A stretch of DNA of 64,000 nucleotides from Marsupella aquatica (lineage: Eukaryota > Plantae > Marchantiophyta), in NCBI GenBank assembly GCA_973895155.1, contig OZ316891.1, positions 7,867,808-7,931,807 of the forward strand, given 5' to 3'. The first letter of the stretch is position 1. Each line of letters starts with the position of its first letter. Shown here in pieces: positions 37,556-53,000 of the stretch. A program made the position numbers and the translations under genes. The notes under the pieces are model-generated. The model did no database searches, was not told where the DNA came from, and worked only from the letters and a program-made list of their open reading frames with translations.

Positions 37556-40500
37556 ATGATGGCTTTGAATGGAGTCGTGGGGTCTGCTCGTTCCTGTCAA
37601 ATGGCGTTTGTGGAAACGAGTGGGCCGTCTGGGAGGCCTTGGAGCGAAGGTGGAGGTTGGAAGCTGAATTTTGGGAGTCGCAGCTCATCGTTCTGTTCGA
37701 ATCAGATGCCATTTTGGAGCTCAATGTGGAGGACTCAGCCACTAGGCGGCGGACTTTTGAAATTGGGTCCCAGGCGGAATTGCAGCAGCGGATTTGTTGT
37801 GAGCGCGAACTCGAGCTCTCCGAAACCCCCCATCTTCGTGTTGAAGAAGCCGCAGAAGCCGCAGAGAAATGCCCCGGTCAGCGACGAGAATGAGGCGTCC
37901 AGGACTTCCTTGTTCGAAGCTGAAGATAGCGAAGATGAGCGGTTTGTAGTCGACAAAAATCATAAAAGTGGTAATGACCCTCAACTCGTTTGTTGAGCCC
38001 AGGACAAAATGACCATCAGTATTCAAAGAACTGAGTTGAAAATTTTCTATGTGCATGTTTCGAATGAATTTGATCTGATCATTCGAACTTCTTGATATTT
38101 GAAATTATTCCAAAGAGTTTGAATACGACTCAGACGGCTTCCTCGAGTATATGTAAAACTTGACTGAAGCTCATGTTGTTGATTCCTTATTGGGAACATG
38201 GAGGACATAAACCTCAAAGTCCGAGCTCGTGTACGCACCCAGTCGGAGTCCGACCAATGCAACCGCCTGGACTAGAACTGGACGAGTTAAAATGCAAATG
38301 ATGGGAAGGACTATTACCACGTCGGCCCATGCCATGTTTCCCCTCAAATAATCTTCTCAATTTGTCGTTTTCGGTGTGGCAAGAGCATTTTCCCTGATGA
38401 AGACGTGGAGAGAATTGGCCATGTCTAGCTAACTTTCTCAACTTTCTCAAGATTCTCTTTAGCATTGTTTTGGAGCTTGGAGAGGGTCTTCTTGCTGGGC
38501 CGGAGCGAATGAGCAAAGAAGCTCTCGTGGTGGAAGGAATTTGGGGCCCTTTGTCCACATGAAGTGTCTCGGGTGTCTTTGTGTCGTGTTGAAGGACTTC
38601 GCGTGAATTTTGCAGGATATGTGGCCTTGATTGGTAAGCCCAATGTGGGTAAGAGCACGCTGTTGAATCAGATAATTGGACAAAAGCTCTCTATCGTAAC
38701 AAATAAACCTCAGACAACCCGGCACCGAATTCTCGGCATTTGTTCAACCCCTGAGTACCAGGTAAATGCATCCATGAGCGCATTTTTTTGTTTCCACTGG
38801 AATTATTACCCTATTGGAGCGGGGAAAAACTACTCTTACGTTCTTTAAATGTATGTGGTAAAACTTTACGAACGGTTTTAGCTCGATCATCAGGGAGTGG
38901 GCCTTACTCGAGAATGATCGCACTGGTGAATTTCATTTATTATAAAGCGGGATAGGAGATAGATGAAGGTGTGAGTTCACAATCTCAAAGAAAATTGGTT
39001 CGCAGACTTAACAGGTGGCCTGCAGATGATATTGTATGACACACCGGGTGTCATGCCCACCACTATGCGAAGGTTGGATGAGATGATGATGCAAAATGTT
39101 CGATCTGCTACAGTTAATGCAGATTGCATACTCGTCGTTGTGGATGCCTGCCACGATCCTGACAAGGTGTGATTTTCTCGAATAAAATCGTCGTTTATTG
39201 ACATTGACATGTATATGTTACCTCAGTGTAGATTCTTTCTTCGTTGACTCTACGGAGTAGTCTCCTAGCAACTGCTACTATCACGTGGACAAATAGGTAC
39301 TTTGACGCTACTTGAATTTCAGGGTTTTGGTCTTTTGCTGCTCCCAGGATACCTTTGGCACTCTGTTAACGTGTAGGATCTCAAGCTTGCCTGCGTCCTC
39401 ATGTTATGATCTCGTTTTTTTCATGGATCTTGTAATCTCGTTTCCCTTAACTTAGATAATTCCTTCGCTATTCGCATGCCTTTCATTGTTGAGCGAAGCT
39501 TGGCAATTATATGCCGGAAACTCACTCTGCTACTGTCTATTTCAAATAGAGGAATTCATGTATGTAAGAAATTAATAAGTCACCGAAGAATCCGAATTTA
39601 TAGCTCTCTATTTTCCCAGGTAATAGAGGTGTTTCAAGAAGAGAAAACAACGATGACCGAAAGGAGACCGACACTCATTGTGCTCAACAAGGTGGATTTA
39701 CTCAAGCCGGGAGAGATAACGAAGAAGGCAGAGGTACATGGTTGGTCCTCATTAGGCTTGTGATAATGAAGTTAAGTTTTCCCCTAGAACTAATTGATGA
39801 AAGTGCGAATGCGTGTGACCTACTTTCCAGAAGATAACAGCATTAAAGTTGACGTTTTGCTCATAGTGGTATCAAGCCCATGGAAACGTGGATGGAGTAC
39901 TTCCAGTGAGCGCGAAGTTTGGGCGTGGGGTGGATAAAGTAAAGATGTGGGTAGTCGATCAGCTTCCGAAAGGTCCTGCCTATTTTCCCAAGGTACAAGT
40001 CATGCATCTGTCTCTGGCATGTGTTGATGCAATACAGCTTGATGGCAATGGTTAAAGAATTAGCTTTTACTGGAATGTTGCGGTGCCTCGGCTACTTTCA
40101 ATTTCTTTTCGTTTGAGTTGGCTGCAGTATGTGGGTTGCTGACGGGTTTTCTGGGGAAAATCTAATTGGATCCAAAGAAGTTTAATTTTAATCTCAGCAG
40201 TTGACCCTACTGTTGAGGTTGTATTCACTTGCATTGGGCGTTTGATTTTCAGGATATAGTTAGTGAACATTCAGAACGATTTTTCGTCTCTGAAATTATT
40301 CGTGAGAAAATCTTCCTGCAGTACCAAAAGGAGATACCGTACGTCTCTCAGGTATTAAATGTTTGTGATTCTCGTTTACCTGTGTTGTACAAGTTTCTGC
40401 AAAGTCCCATCGAGGAGCTCTCTCGTCTCATTCCGGTTCCGTGGACCTTGAGATTCAATACTCCTGAAATTTATCTAGAATTTTCTCAGATCTACCTGTT

Positions 40501-41268
40501 CTTGACATTTTGGCCTGTCCGCTGGTCCTAATCCTGGAAAATAATACGTCTAGGTGTCTCCGAATACGTGCAGGTGAATGTGATGAATTACACAGAACGG
40601 GCAGGAGCAGCAAAAGACTTCATTGAAGCAGAAATTGTAGTTGAAAGAGAGTCACAAATGGGAATTTTGATTGGAAAGGTGCAGAAATTTTGTATTGTTT
40701 GTATCAAAGCTCCGTTATCTATGAGGTTATACACCTGCTACTAGTTCGTTTTTGCACCAAGCGGGAAACTATTGTTTTATTGATTTCTCTTGTGAACAGG
40801 AAGGGGCAGCTCTGAAGATACTTGCAACTGCATCGAGACTTGATATTGAAGATTTTGTTGGAAAACAAGTATACTTAGAGGTGAGTGTGTTGCTTGTACT
40901 TTCTAAAGCTGTTGTAAATGGGCACTCACTGCTAGACGTGTTTATTACTTGTTAGATGCATAGTTTATCTTTGAAGTCAATATCTTGACATTCATTTGGA
41001 TGAAATTGTAAATATCTGAAATCGAATTATCAGATTTAGGTGATAAATTGTAATTTTGAGTTTTTCAGAGGACTTTGTACTTGTGGGCATAAACTTCCCT
41101 TGATCTTTAGATTGGACATTTTCTGGCGTGAGCGTTTGTGAACTCAGCAATACACTGACCGTTTTTCCTGGTTGGGCCGAACAGCTGAAAGTGAAAGTGA
41201 GGGGGAAGTGGCGGGAAGACGATGAATTACTTGATTACTATGGCTACAGTGGGAAGATAAGAAGCTGA
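37556..41268 (+). CDS. ERA: GTPase Era, organellar (probably chloroplast), 9 exons, 436 aa
   Basis: Exons 37556-37970, 38616-38761, 39026-39166, 39620-39733, 39867-39992, 40253-40351, 40574-40678, 40800-40880, 41185-41268. Motifs [18 protein letters not shown] (G1), PQTTRH (G2), DTPG (G3), NKVD (G4), VSAK (G5) and KH-region EIIREKIF...EIPY...ILIGK. Ser-rich transit-peptide-like N-terminus. Confidence 0.96.
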
Positions 41269-43269
41269 GTTATCATTATTCCTTTTTCTATAGAGTATTT
41301 AGAGCTTCTTCTCGCACACGGATTCTCAGGGTGGCGTACGTTCTCATGTCGTCTTCCCAAAGCAATTTTGCAGGTCCTAGAAGTGGTTTAGATGCTTGTG
41401 TTTTATGATAGTCATTTCTGAATAAATTGTTAAGGCCTAGGTGGAATGGAAATTAGATTAGTTATGGTTACTGTGTTGTGACTAGTTTGCAATTTGATCT
41501 TTCAACTTTGAATAAGAAGTGAGTTGTATAGACCAGATCTAAACAGGAATGTCAACAGTGCATGGCATAGCTGTGCATGAAACACTTGGGCCTAGAGAAA
41601 TGGGAAGCAGTTTCCGAAACGGCGTGGCCTCTAGCAGTCTACAGTTGGGAAGTTGTTTTCACGTTACGAAAATGACGACTGTGATTGATAGAATTGCTTT
41701 TGGCTTCATCAGCCGCCTGAGCTGACAAGGTTAGATATGAGAATTGCAATCTGGGTATTATCTGTAACCCTTTCTTTTGAGTATACTGGATCCTCGGGGG
41801 TTGGGGATGTGGTTGTATTATTGAAGCCTTGTTTGACATGCATCCTTAGAAGATAAAAGAAAGTGGATATATAGTCTGTAAAGATGGTCTACTTTATCCT
41901 GACTAGCTTTGACATCATGACTAAGTGTCTCGAGGACACCAAGCAACGCAAGAATGTGAACATTTTCTTAGTCAAGGTGAAGAAAGAGCAGTTCCTTCAA
42001 CACTGAATGCTAGTCCAATAGAAGGTTCATCACATTGTCGTCATGGAAGTTATATAACCTTTCTCCTCAGTAAGCTGTTACAACACAGCATTCACTTCTA
42101 GGCAAGGTATTGTCTGCTGCTTTGTACAGTAGATGGTCGGACGAGGTTCTTGTTCTCTACAATCTGTATATTGAAGCACCGTTTGGTCCCCAGGCAGTCA
42201 TGTATCTAATGGACAGGCGGTGAATTTTGAATCCAATTTTCGAGAAAAGATGGCTTTGTTGTTGACAAATAGTACGTAAGTATTTAGGATATTCCCAACG
42301 GGAGCCCTCAATGCGCTATGTGATTTTATACTGCAAGTAGAAAGGGAGCTGTGAACCGACTCTGCCTTGAACACGCCCAATGATGAAGTTGTGAACGATA
42401 CTGAAAGATTTCTCAAAAACTTCGGTGTGCTACAGAACAGTGGAACAGTAAATGGAATTTTCAATTCAGATTAGAATAATAATAGTTTCCAAATTATTTG
42501 ACACGAGCGAAATGTAATGTCGCTTCATTCGAAAACCATGACAGGTTTCAGCAAAGCCACAAAGAGGCGTCACTTACCTGCAGTCTCCAACTATTTATTC
42601 CTCTTTCTAGAAGTACTCACGAGGATTGTCATGGACTCCTAACCATGGAACCGTAACTAAACCATGACCAGTAGATTATCACCGTTTTTCCAGCAAGAGA
42701 AAACATATTCAAGCCCTCTCCCCTGCCCCCATTCCCCAGCTGGGTTGTAAGAAAAGGTGGATGAATGGATTTCTAATCCACTGAAAAAGACACCACTCCA
42801 CGAGATACAGGAGACAATGTCCCAAAGGCATAAAATTAAAAACCAAAGTTGCCCTGACTGCCTCTCCCAGAGCGTCCAATTTCTAGTGTCAGAAATTGAA
42901 CAGGTGGCTGGATAATTCATTATAAACAGACATCACTCCACCAGCAACAGGAGACAAGGTACCCAAGGGGAACGAGACTACAGTGCAGGAGATGGAAATC
43001 AAAGCCTAATCCCAGACCCAATAGTAGAAACAATATAATTGGCAGGCTTGTCAGTTTACTGTAGATTAGGGCCTTAGTTCCTTAGTCTTTGTGTGAGACT
43101 CTCTGGCTTTTTGGGCCTCTGGTCTCACGTTTTCTCCTCTTTAATGGGTCTCCTGGGTTCCCCCCTTACTTTTCTCCTCTTTATTGGGTCTCTTAGAGCA
43201 TTTCCACCTGTACTGGGCTTTGATTATTGGGTATATGAAATACCCAGTACAATAAAATAAAAAATAATC

Positions 43270-43352
43270 TATTCCATGATCTCTTCCATGATCAGATTAC
43301 TTCAGATTCTGTAATGAAAGATCTGATTACTTCAGATCAGATTACTTCAGAT
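43270..43352. repeat. Short tandem repeats (15-bp ATCAGATTACTTCAG unit)
   Basis: GATTACTTCAGAT occurs three times, preceded by TTCCATGATC twice. Confidence 0.7.
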
Positions 43353-43644
43353 CCTGAAAACTTAATAGCATTACCCTGAATTACTTGGACCTGGATTGTT
43401 GCCTTCTTTAAAATAGGTTGGTTGGCACCTCATCAGTTTGAGTAACCCAACCCAGTAGGGTTAGAGAATCTCTTACCAGGGAATCTCAAAGCTTCAAATT
43501 TGACAAAATTTAACTTAGTAATTAAGGTTATGGAGAGAGAAAGTTATGGACTACCAAATTCATAATCTATAATTCTTTGCCATAAAGATTAGTCATGTAT
43601 GACAATAAGTCCCTGTAGAGACTAGTGAAAAAACTAATTAAAAA

Positions 43645-43835
43645 ACTTTTCACATAACCCTGTGAAAAAGTTGTGGCCATGAAAAACTTTTACATAACCT
43701 GTGCAAAACTTGTACCTAACCTGTGAAAAAGTTATGGCCATGAAAAACATGTACATAACCTATGAAAAACTTGTACATGACCTGTGAAAAAGTTATGGCC
43801 ATTTTCACAGGTGTACATGACCTGTGAAAAAGCCA
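43645..43835. repeat. Minisatellite of ~21-bp related units upstream of LHCA1
   Basis: Alternating ACATAACCTGTGAAAAA and GTTATGGCCATGAAAAAC units. Confidence 0.8.
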
Positions 43836-44029
43836 TAGCCCCCACCTTCTAAGCTTTGAAACTCCCTATCAGGTGGCTTGCTTTAGGGTCATGTGCAGGG
43901 CCCATTATTTTGTTCTTTGGTGGCAGGGTGATATATAATTTCTGGCTGTAGTCTGTAAATGGGAACCATCCTATTTCTCAGGGGCGAGGGCAGGGGAGGG
44001 GGCGGGTTATTAGGGGGGACCGCAGTAAC

Positions 44030-44115
44030 GGGACCAAGCCAATGAGAAAGCGAGGGATCGTTACCCACATCACAGCCAATGAGAAGGCGCATTGCGATTT
44101 TCCACCGGATATCTT
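44030..44115 (+). promoter_or_regulatory. LHCA1 proximal promoter with duplicated CCAAT boxes
   Basis: AGCCAATGAGAA at 44037 and 44074, plus a GGATA motif at about 44107, about 300 bp upstream of the ATG. Confidence 0.55.
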
Positions 44116-44300
44116 CTCTCCCCGACTCTGTCATCAGCCCAACGACGACTCCACCTTTATCCCCCACAATCCCCAAATCCCAATTCTGGCCCGTCTTGAC
44201 CGACTCTATCGATTGATCCATCATCTTCGTATCGTGGTTTGTACATTCCAGTCTTCGAGCTCTGTTTTCCGTTTCTGTTGTGGATTAGGCGGAACTTGGA

Positions 44301-44344
44301 AGAGGAAGAGGAGGAGGAGGAGGAGGAGGAGAAGGAGGAGGAGA
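44301..44344 (+). repeat. (GAG)n purine microsatellite in the LHCA1 5' UTR
   Basis: AGAGGAAGAGGAGGAGGAGGAGGAGGAGGAGAAGGAGGAGGAGA. Confidence 0.85.
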
Positions 44345-44366
44345 GCTTGGAATTGTGAATTGCATC

Positions 44367-45714
<1,348 letters not shown>

Positions 45715-46806
45715 ATTTTTAATTCGTCGAAACGAAGAAATTGCTTTCATCAACACCCGTTTATAGTTCGGCTACTCTACCTACTCCAGCGCTGTAATAT
45801 TGTTTCCTGTGAAACGAAATTGTACAATTGAAACTCGCAAGGCTGTGTTCATTGGTCAAGCACATGAATTGTTTCACCTCCCGAGCTGGGCTTCTTCTGA
45901 CGGCCGGGAGGTGGTGTCATCAGAAACAAACCCCCTTCATGTGATTTTGGATTGTATTTTTTGGATTGCATGCATGGTATGTGTTTTCTCAGTGTGTTAT
46001 TCTACGAAGGGATTTCAGTCGATTCCAGTAGTGAAACAGTGCAAAGGTTTCAACTACTTGACATCCGAAATGATCACAATTTCTTCAATCGCCATAGGGT
46101 TTTGTTCTTGTGAATCGTCTGAAGGCTTGTCATGAGAAAATGCAGCAGTAAGCTGGATTGCACGCACATCTGAATTGAGACCAGAGCTGATAAGCTGTAT
46201 TGTAGGGTCCCTTCTTCGAAATTTGGAAAATGAGACGAACATTTTACACATACTGGCATGTCCACTTGCGTTGATTCAGTCTTCAAATGAGCATCCCAAG
46301 TTCGTCTGTATGAACACTGCAGGATTTGGCAGATAAACCGATTAAAAACAACTGAAAAACGAGGATCCAAGCCGCCTCACATCCGGACAGCATGGCTTCC
46401 GGGAGTCGGAATAAGTGGTGGAGCAATAACGTCTTGTCTACAAGATCGTAGGACAGGATGGCTTTAATGCACTAAGCGGAGCAAGAAACTTAGAGGAGAA
46501 TCGAAGATTCGAAGCAGAATGATTGATTGCTACACCGAACTAAAAGTTGCATCTCACATGACGATGAGCGAGAATGTTGCGCAAATATTCGGTGGAAACA
46601 TAATCTAGTTGCATCTAATCATAAATTGGTGTCCATGGTGGGTGTATCATCTGTATGAACAACAACAGAATTGCAAGTTCGACCTTTTCGAACCCTACAA
46701 TGAAGTTCTTGAATGGCGTTCTGGGAGATCATTCCCCCAAGGAATGTGATCCAACATAAAACTATGAGTTGGTCCCCTTTGGTGTGGGTACTGTCTGCAT
46801 GAACCG

Positions 46807-46890
46807 ACCTTGTTTAAAGAGTACAATAAGGTTCTTCAACAAGGACTTACCTTGTTTAAAGAGTAGAGTAAGGTTCTTCAACAAGGACTT
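46807..46890. repeat. 42-bp tandem duplication
   Basis: ACCTTGTTTAAAGAGTA-A-TAAGGTTCTTCAACAAGGACTT occurs twice. Confidence 0.85.
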
Positions 46891-48279
46891 TGTGTGAGGT
46901 ATCACTTCCAAGCACAAGGGCAAGGGGAATTGCCATCTCATCCCATTGAAACCTGGATACTCGAATTTACGGGACATCAACTTGTGAAAAGACTAATGTC
47001 ATGGATGGGAATTGGGAGCACTATCATGCAAGAAGGTGGACTTGCGCTCTCTAAAATTCATAATATATACAAAGGTAAAAAACAAAAGTATTTTTGTTAC
47101 ATATGGCACAACATGGAGACCTTCCATGGTGGGCTTTCCTTGAACATTTTTACAGACTGAAGACGTCAAAGGAGGTGGAAGTAAGAGTGCGACATTAGTT
47201 TATGTTGATATATATTTGATAGAGTACAAAATATCCTAGATACTCAAGTTGAGTTTTTGGATAGTTCCAGGACAAATCTATGAAGACAAGATGCAAGGAT
47301 AGTCGAATTGAAGTTTTTTAAGTTATAGCATTGAAGATCCACATTCCCACATGCTGAAATGCAAGTGAGTAGGATGAAGGCGTTTGATGCTTAAAAGCCC
47401 AGCATCCACACCACAATTAAGAATACCACCCTCCTTAAGGATGTGTAAGGTAGAGAATATCCTCGAGGGTGTCCTCCAAGATAAGAGCATGAGTGTCATT
47501 CATTCATAAAACAATCTATTGTGTGTTTTCATATATATGAATCATTGATTTTTGAGCTATGTTAGTATGTTCCGTAATGTGTTACTTGAGCTCCAATACT
47601 CCCCTACTCACATATTAGTCTTACTCACAATATTGACAGTGCCACTATTTCTGGAGTAACACTAACTATGATAAACAGTGTAGTAGGGAGTCGCAAGGAT
47701 AGACAGGCTGGTAGGGTGGGTAAAAAAGAGGGAAATAAGGGTAAGATTTTGGTTTTGCTCTTCATAGCTTCGTATTCGAAAAAGTAGGAAAGTTCGCACA
47801 TATTTGACTGTTACCGTGATTAATTAATGTGTAGACAAATGGTCTTATGCTCTGAGTCTCCAATCATAGGTTCTTGCAGTGAATTGACTCTGAGTTCTCA
47901 TGTTCTCTGCAAAGAGAAAACGATCGGATGGGCTGTTGTTGGCCCTCGCTGATCCGGTGTCCCTCACTACTAATAATTGCTTGAGCTCCGAAGTCGACGG
48001 GGCTCGCCAATCGCCATCGATCCGGAACATCTACACCAGTTATTTCCACCTGAATCGATTTTGGTTCCTCATTCGGTTGAGAGGGGTCGATCTATTGAAA
48101 TGCCAATCTTTGAAAGAACAATTGAGTAACTTCGATCAGCGGGTCCAGAGTGGTATTGAAATGCCAGCCGGTGAAGAGAAACGGCGTTGTGTTGTTCCGC
48201 CCATATCTCGTTATTCGTGAATCGTGACGCTTAGAAAATTTGGCTTGCATTTGACTGCAACGGAGAATGGTAGACTTTT

Positions 48280-50082
48280 GGTGGTCGGATGAACAATGTG
48301 GGGCTTTTGCTGTGTTGCAGGTGCCCTGCAGTACGTACCCATCATTTATTGTGGCCAGTATGCAGGAGTGTGCCGTGCAGTACGCGTAATTTAGTGTGGC
48401 CGGTACGCAGAACATATGGCACATCTGAGTCCAGCCTGTGCGAGCTATGATGAATTTCGTGGACTGATGTTCACTGACCTTGCCAAAATTATGCGAGTAT
48501 CTGACGACGATTAGAATCAGCAAGTTTGTAGATTTAGAGTCGTACGTTGTTAGCTGTAAGGTTATCAACGTTTAGTGTCATGCAGTCAAACCGGACTTAA
48601 TAATGGCGTCCCGTAATTGCACATCAAAATGCTAAAACCACATAAGTAGAAGAATCAACACTACACTTTCACGTTTATCATGGTATGGAAAACACATATG
48701 GCCTAACACACTACACGGCATGCGTTTTCGATGTGCAATAACAGTCAGGCTTAAATCATGCAGGTGGGTTCGTTGTGGGGTCCTAAATCTTAATGTAAGT
48801 ACATATTTTGGCCTTCTTTGATAATCTTTGATGTGTGGAATAACTAGAATGTCAAAAGTGTTAAAATATTGTGACATAAGATTCTCTGGGGATGCGCTTG
48901 GAGGACGTCTCACATCATGCCAGTATCCCATTCCCATTTTCCACCACAAACTGCGGAGTAGGAGTGGTCTTGCAGTGGACTGTTTGATATGGGGTTTGAT
49001 GCTTTCCAATGGACTCCTCTCATCTGTTGTAAACAATCAAACGAGCGCGGGTCTTTGACCCGGGTCCCTCGCAGTTTGTGAAAGGACTATTGTGGTCACT
49101 CAAGTCAGCACAGCACCCAGATCAGAAACTCACGGGAAACAAATTAATGCTCTACGTACAGATATCACAATGGAGCCTTGTCGTTGAGCTGGAAACGTAC
49201 TGAAAGCTCGACGTACAAGTCCATACTTACTTCTCGTAGCGCGGGAGTGACAGTCCAGGGCATTGGAAGACTAGTTAGCGGAGGAGCAGTTCGTATTGCA
49301 GGATCTCAGTGTGAAGGTGTTTGGAAGTCCGCGACTTGGATAGGTTCCTGTGCCTTGCTGGTCTGATGTAGCTCGTCATCTGTGTGAGTGAGCAGTTTGA
49401 GTGGTCATTGTTGCAAAATCACCCTTTTGATTATGTTTCTTATGCACTGTCCTTGAGAGGTCGATCTCTTTTGATTGACTGTTGACATCTGATCACATTT
49501 CGCGCAGGCACACCTACTGTGATCCCATACCTTGGAATCCCATTTCATTTTTCCTGCTGCTGGTGCTGCTGGCGTGGGTCATCATCATGAGTCTCTCATG
49601 GACCTTGCTCTGCATAGGTTTCCTTCGAAAGCTGCAGAACTTAACACCGTGTTGTAGAATCGACGGTGATATGTCCAGGTGCGACAGAACATCCTAGCGT
49701 CGATTATCTTGGACCAAAAGTTTGTCCCGTCTTGCATTCCCATGATTGGTGATGTAGGGATCATCTACTACTGTTGCTGCACTGGCCTCTGACTTTCCTT
49801 CAGCTGGACGAGCTTGCATGTTTTACCATCGATTATTGTGACTCAATCTAAGTTCATCTCCCTCTTTGACATTTGTGCAGCCCGGTATTTAGCGAATTGC
49901 CCAGTCTTTAGTCCGAGGACGATCTGTCCGTCGGAGATTTGACACCAGTTTCAGAAGGCTTTAGAAACATTTTCCGATCAACGACAGGGCCTGTCGCGTC
50001 CTTAAAACTGATTTCAGTGAAAGATCATGCGAAGGGCGCTCACTGATCACGTCAAGCGATAACCTGGCCACTTGGCAGTGAG
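48280..50082 (+). repeat. Upstream/5' UTR segment of the ankyrin gene, duplicated at about 59400-63000
   Basis: Colinear blocks: 48290-48489 with 59415-59559, 48488-48858 with 60092-60309, and 48859-50115 with 61743-63028. Confidence 0.85.
49036..49120 (+). promoter_or_regulatory. Conserved W-box/CGCG-box cluster upstream of the ankyrin-PGG gene
   Basis: GCGCGG (49045), TTGACC (49055) and GGTCA/AGTCA cores are all retained in the paralog at about 61934-62020. Confidence 0.45.
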
Positions 50083-53000
50083 ATGGACGACGCAGTGGCA
50101 GGGTCAGTGGTGTGTGACGAGTCAGACGATGAAGTGGCTGGGCCATCTGGCGTTGAGGCGGAGGAAGAGCTGTTGATCGGTTTGGTTAAAGCCATCGAAG
50201 AGCTGGAATCTGAGCTGGACGATCCTGAGGCGATTCTGAGGCAACTGAAGCGATTATCACGGGATGACATTAGGAGACTCATCCGTATGAAGGTTCCTGG
50301 CGCCAACGGGGGAAAACTGACAGTTCTTGGGCACCTTTGTGTCAAGAAAACTTGCTTCGGACATTGCTCCAAAGATCTGATGGATTTTCTGCTTACAGAA
50401 GAAAATGTTAACAATTTGGAGGAGTTCGACGGTCACAGGATTCCTCTACTCAATCTAGCTGTTTACTGTGGCAACGAAGGAGCTGTGCACCTTATGTGCC
50501 CCGAAATTTCTTCTTCTGCAAGCCTTGGAGCCCATATTTTTGCCAGCGCTAGTACCAAACTCAACGCTTTGCACATGGCTGTGAAAAGCCAAGAAAAAGA
50601 GGCACTTCTTCGTCTATTATTTGTGACTCTTAGGCGCAAAAGGACTGAAATGCAAACTGGTTTCGCAAATGAGAAGGATGACTTAGGGATGACTCCTTTG
50701 CATTATGCTGCATGGGAGGACAACAAAGATGCGACAGAGGGCTTGCTGGGGCATTGGGGGAGTTTTGAATTTCTCCAGGAGATATATGTGAATGCTACTC
50801 AAAGAAACGGCTTCACTGCGTTGCACCTGGCAGCTTTGAACAATGGCATTGAAGTTTTAGATGCGCTTCTTGAACACCAAGAAATTGATGTGAATGCTAC
50901 CGATCACAATGGCTTCACTGCCTTGCATGTAGCATCTTGGAACAATCACTCTGAATGTGTACGGATACTTCTCCGCCACCCCCTCATCAACAGGAATGCG
51001 ACTGACGAGCATGGTCGCACTGCATCTTACCTGGCATCTAGGAATCACATCGAAGCCATGTACAGGCTTCTTCGCAGGATTATTCCTAACCTGGATATCA
51101 AACTGAATGATGCTACTGACGACGAGAATAGTTTCACTGTGGAGCACCTAGCATTGTGGAAACAGCAGAAACGAATTATAGAGGCAATGCTTGTTGGCTC
51201 CCAGGATGTAGATGTCCCGCTGCCACAAATATCGAGACAGATGTCCGAGGGTGCTTATGTACCTCCTGGGGAATCTATGAAGGAATCACTGCGGTCTGAT
51301 TTTGAAAACTTGGAATCTCACCTACTTCAGTTTTCCCCTGGCCGAAAAAGGTGGTTGGAAACTACAAAAAACAACTGGCAACGGAGAGCGGAGACAAATG
51401 AATTTCTCACCCCTGACTCTTCCAGTGCTTTACACGAAAATGAAAGGCCAGGCCCCGGCAGAGAGATGGTGATAGATGATCGGCCAGACGAAGAGCAATT
51501 GACCGTTTTGGTGGAAGTGATTATCAGAGCTTTGAATCAGAGGGTGGACCAGGTGCGAGTGATCGATCGACTGAAGTGGTTGTCGGAGAACAACTGGTTA
51601 TCGGATCAGGACATTATGAGGCTTAGCCGCTTGAGGGTTCGTGATAATGTTGGTGGAGGAATGCTTTCAGTTCTTGGGCACCTCTGTGTGAGGAAATCTG
51701 ACTCCGCATTAGTATTGGAATTTCTGCTGAGCGAAGCTAGTGTCAACATTTTGGAGGAATTCGACAATCACAGTATTCCTCTACTTCATCTAGCTGCTTA
51801 CTGTGGCAACGATGCAGCCGTGAAGGTTCTTTGCAACGTTAAGGGCATAAACCTCTCTGTCAGAAGTAGTTCCAACTTGAACGTTTTGCACATAGCTGCG
51901 AAAAGCGGGAACAGTCGAGTAGTTGACGAAATAGGGGTCTGTGCTTCCAGGTTATCGTGTGACATGGTCAGGGACTTGGTGAATGGGCAGGATGACTTGG
52001 GGATGACTCCTTTGCATCATGCTGCATGGGAGGGCAACTTGTCTGTGATGCGTAGTCTAATTTGCATGAACATGATTAACGTGAATGCTATTGCATGTAA
52101 CGGTCTCACTCCATTGCACCTAGCATCGTGGAACAATCAAATGTTATGTGTCGATAATCTTTGTTCACATCCGGCTATCAACATGAATATTACTGATAAA
52201 AATGGTTTCACTGCATTGCACTTAGCGTCATGGAACAATCACTCGGGCTGTGTAGAATACCTTCTTATCAACCAGGGAATCGATGTGTGTAAGACTGACG
52301 AGCATGGTTTCACTGCATTAGACTTGGCATCTAGGAATCACATTGAAGCTATGTTCAGGCTTCTTCACCACCCGAATGTCAACTTAATTGACACTAACGA
52401 GCACAGTTTCGCTCCATTGTACCTGGCAAATTGGAAATGGCACAAAAAAAATCTACTGGACAGGATGTCATGGTGGGCAAGGAGACAAGCAGGTTCATGG
52501 TTGGAAAATAGTGATGTCTCTTTGGGGCGGACGTTCGTGGGTACTTATGCAACTTTGGGAGAATCAGCAAGGAAATCATTGGAGGAAAAGTTTGAAAGAA
52601 TGGAATCTCACCTTTTTCAGTTTTGCTCTGATCGAGGAGAGACGGTAAGAAGAATGAAAGACAGGGTGTGGGACGTTGATATTTGCAGTCAAATCGACTG
52701 GCAAAAGGCCCCTGCCGAAACAGAGGTGGCGCGAGGTAATTTGGCCGATGAACAGCTGTTAATGGAGTTGATGGAAGATATCATAGCATTGAAGCCCGGG
52801 GCAGATGATGCGTCAGTGATTGATCGACTGGTGTGGTTCTCAGAGAACAACTGGTTATCAAAGAACGACATTATTACACTCAGCCACATAAGGGTTCCTG
52901 ATCTGAATGAGGGAAGACTTTCAGTTCTTGGGCACCTATGTGTGAGAAGACCTTGCTCGGAACTAGTGTTGAGATTTCTACTGAGAGCAGCTGATGGCAA

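Noticed and set aside
38214-38558. 114-aa basic antisense ORF in Era intron 1
   Set aside because: No recognisable homology; likely chance.
49482-49697. Possible conserved peptide uORF of the ankyrin gene
   Set aside because: The frame is broken by indels and an early stop in the paralogous region near 62475-62535.
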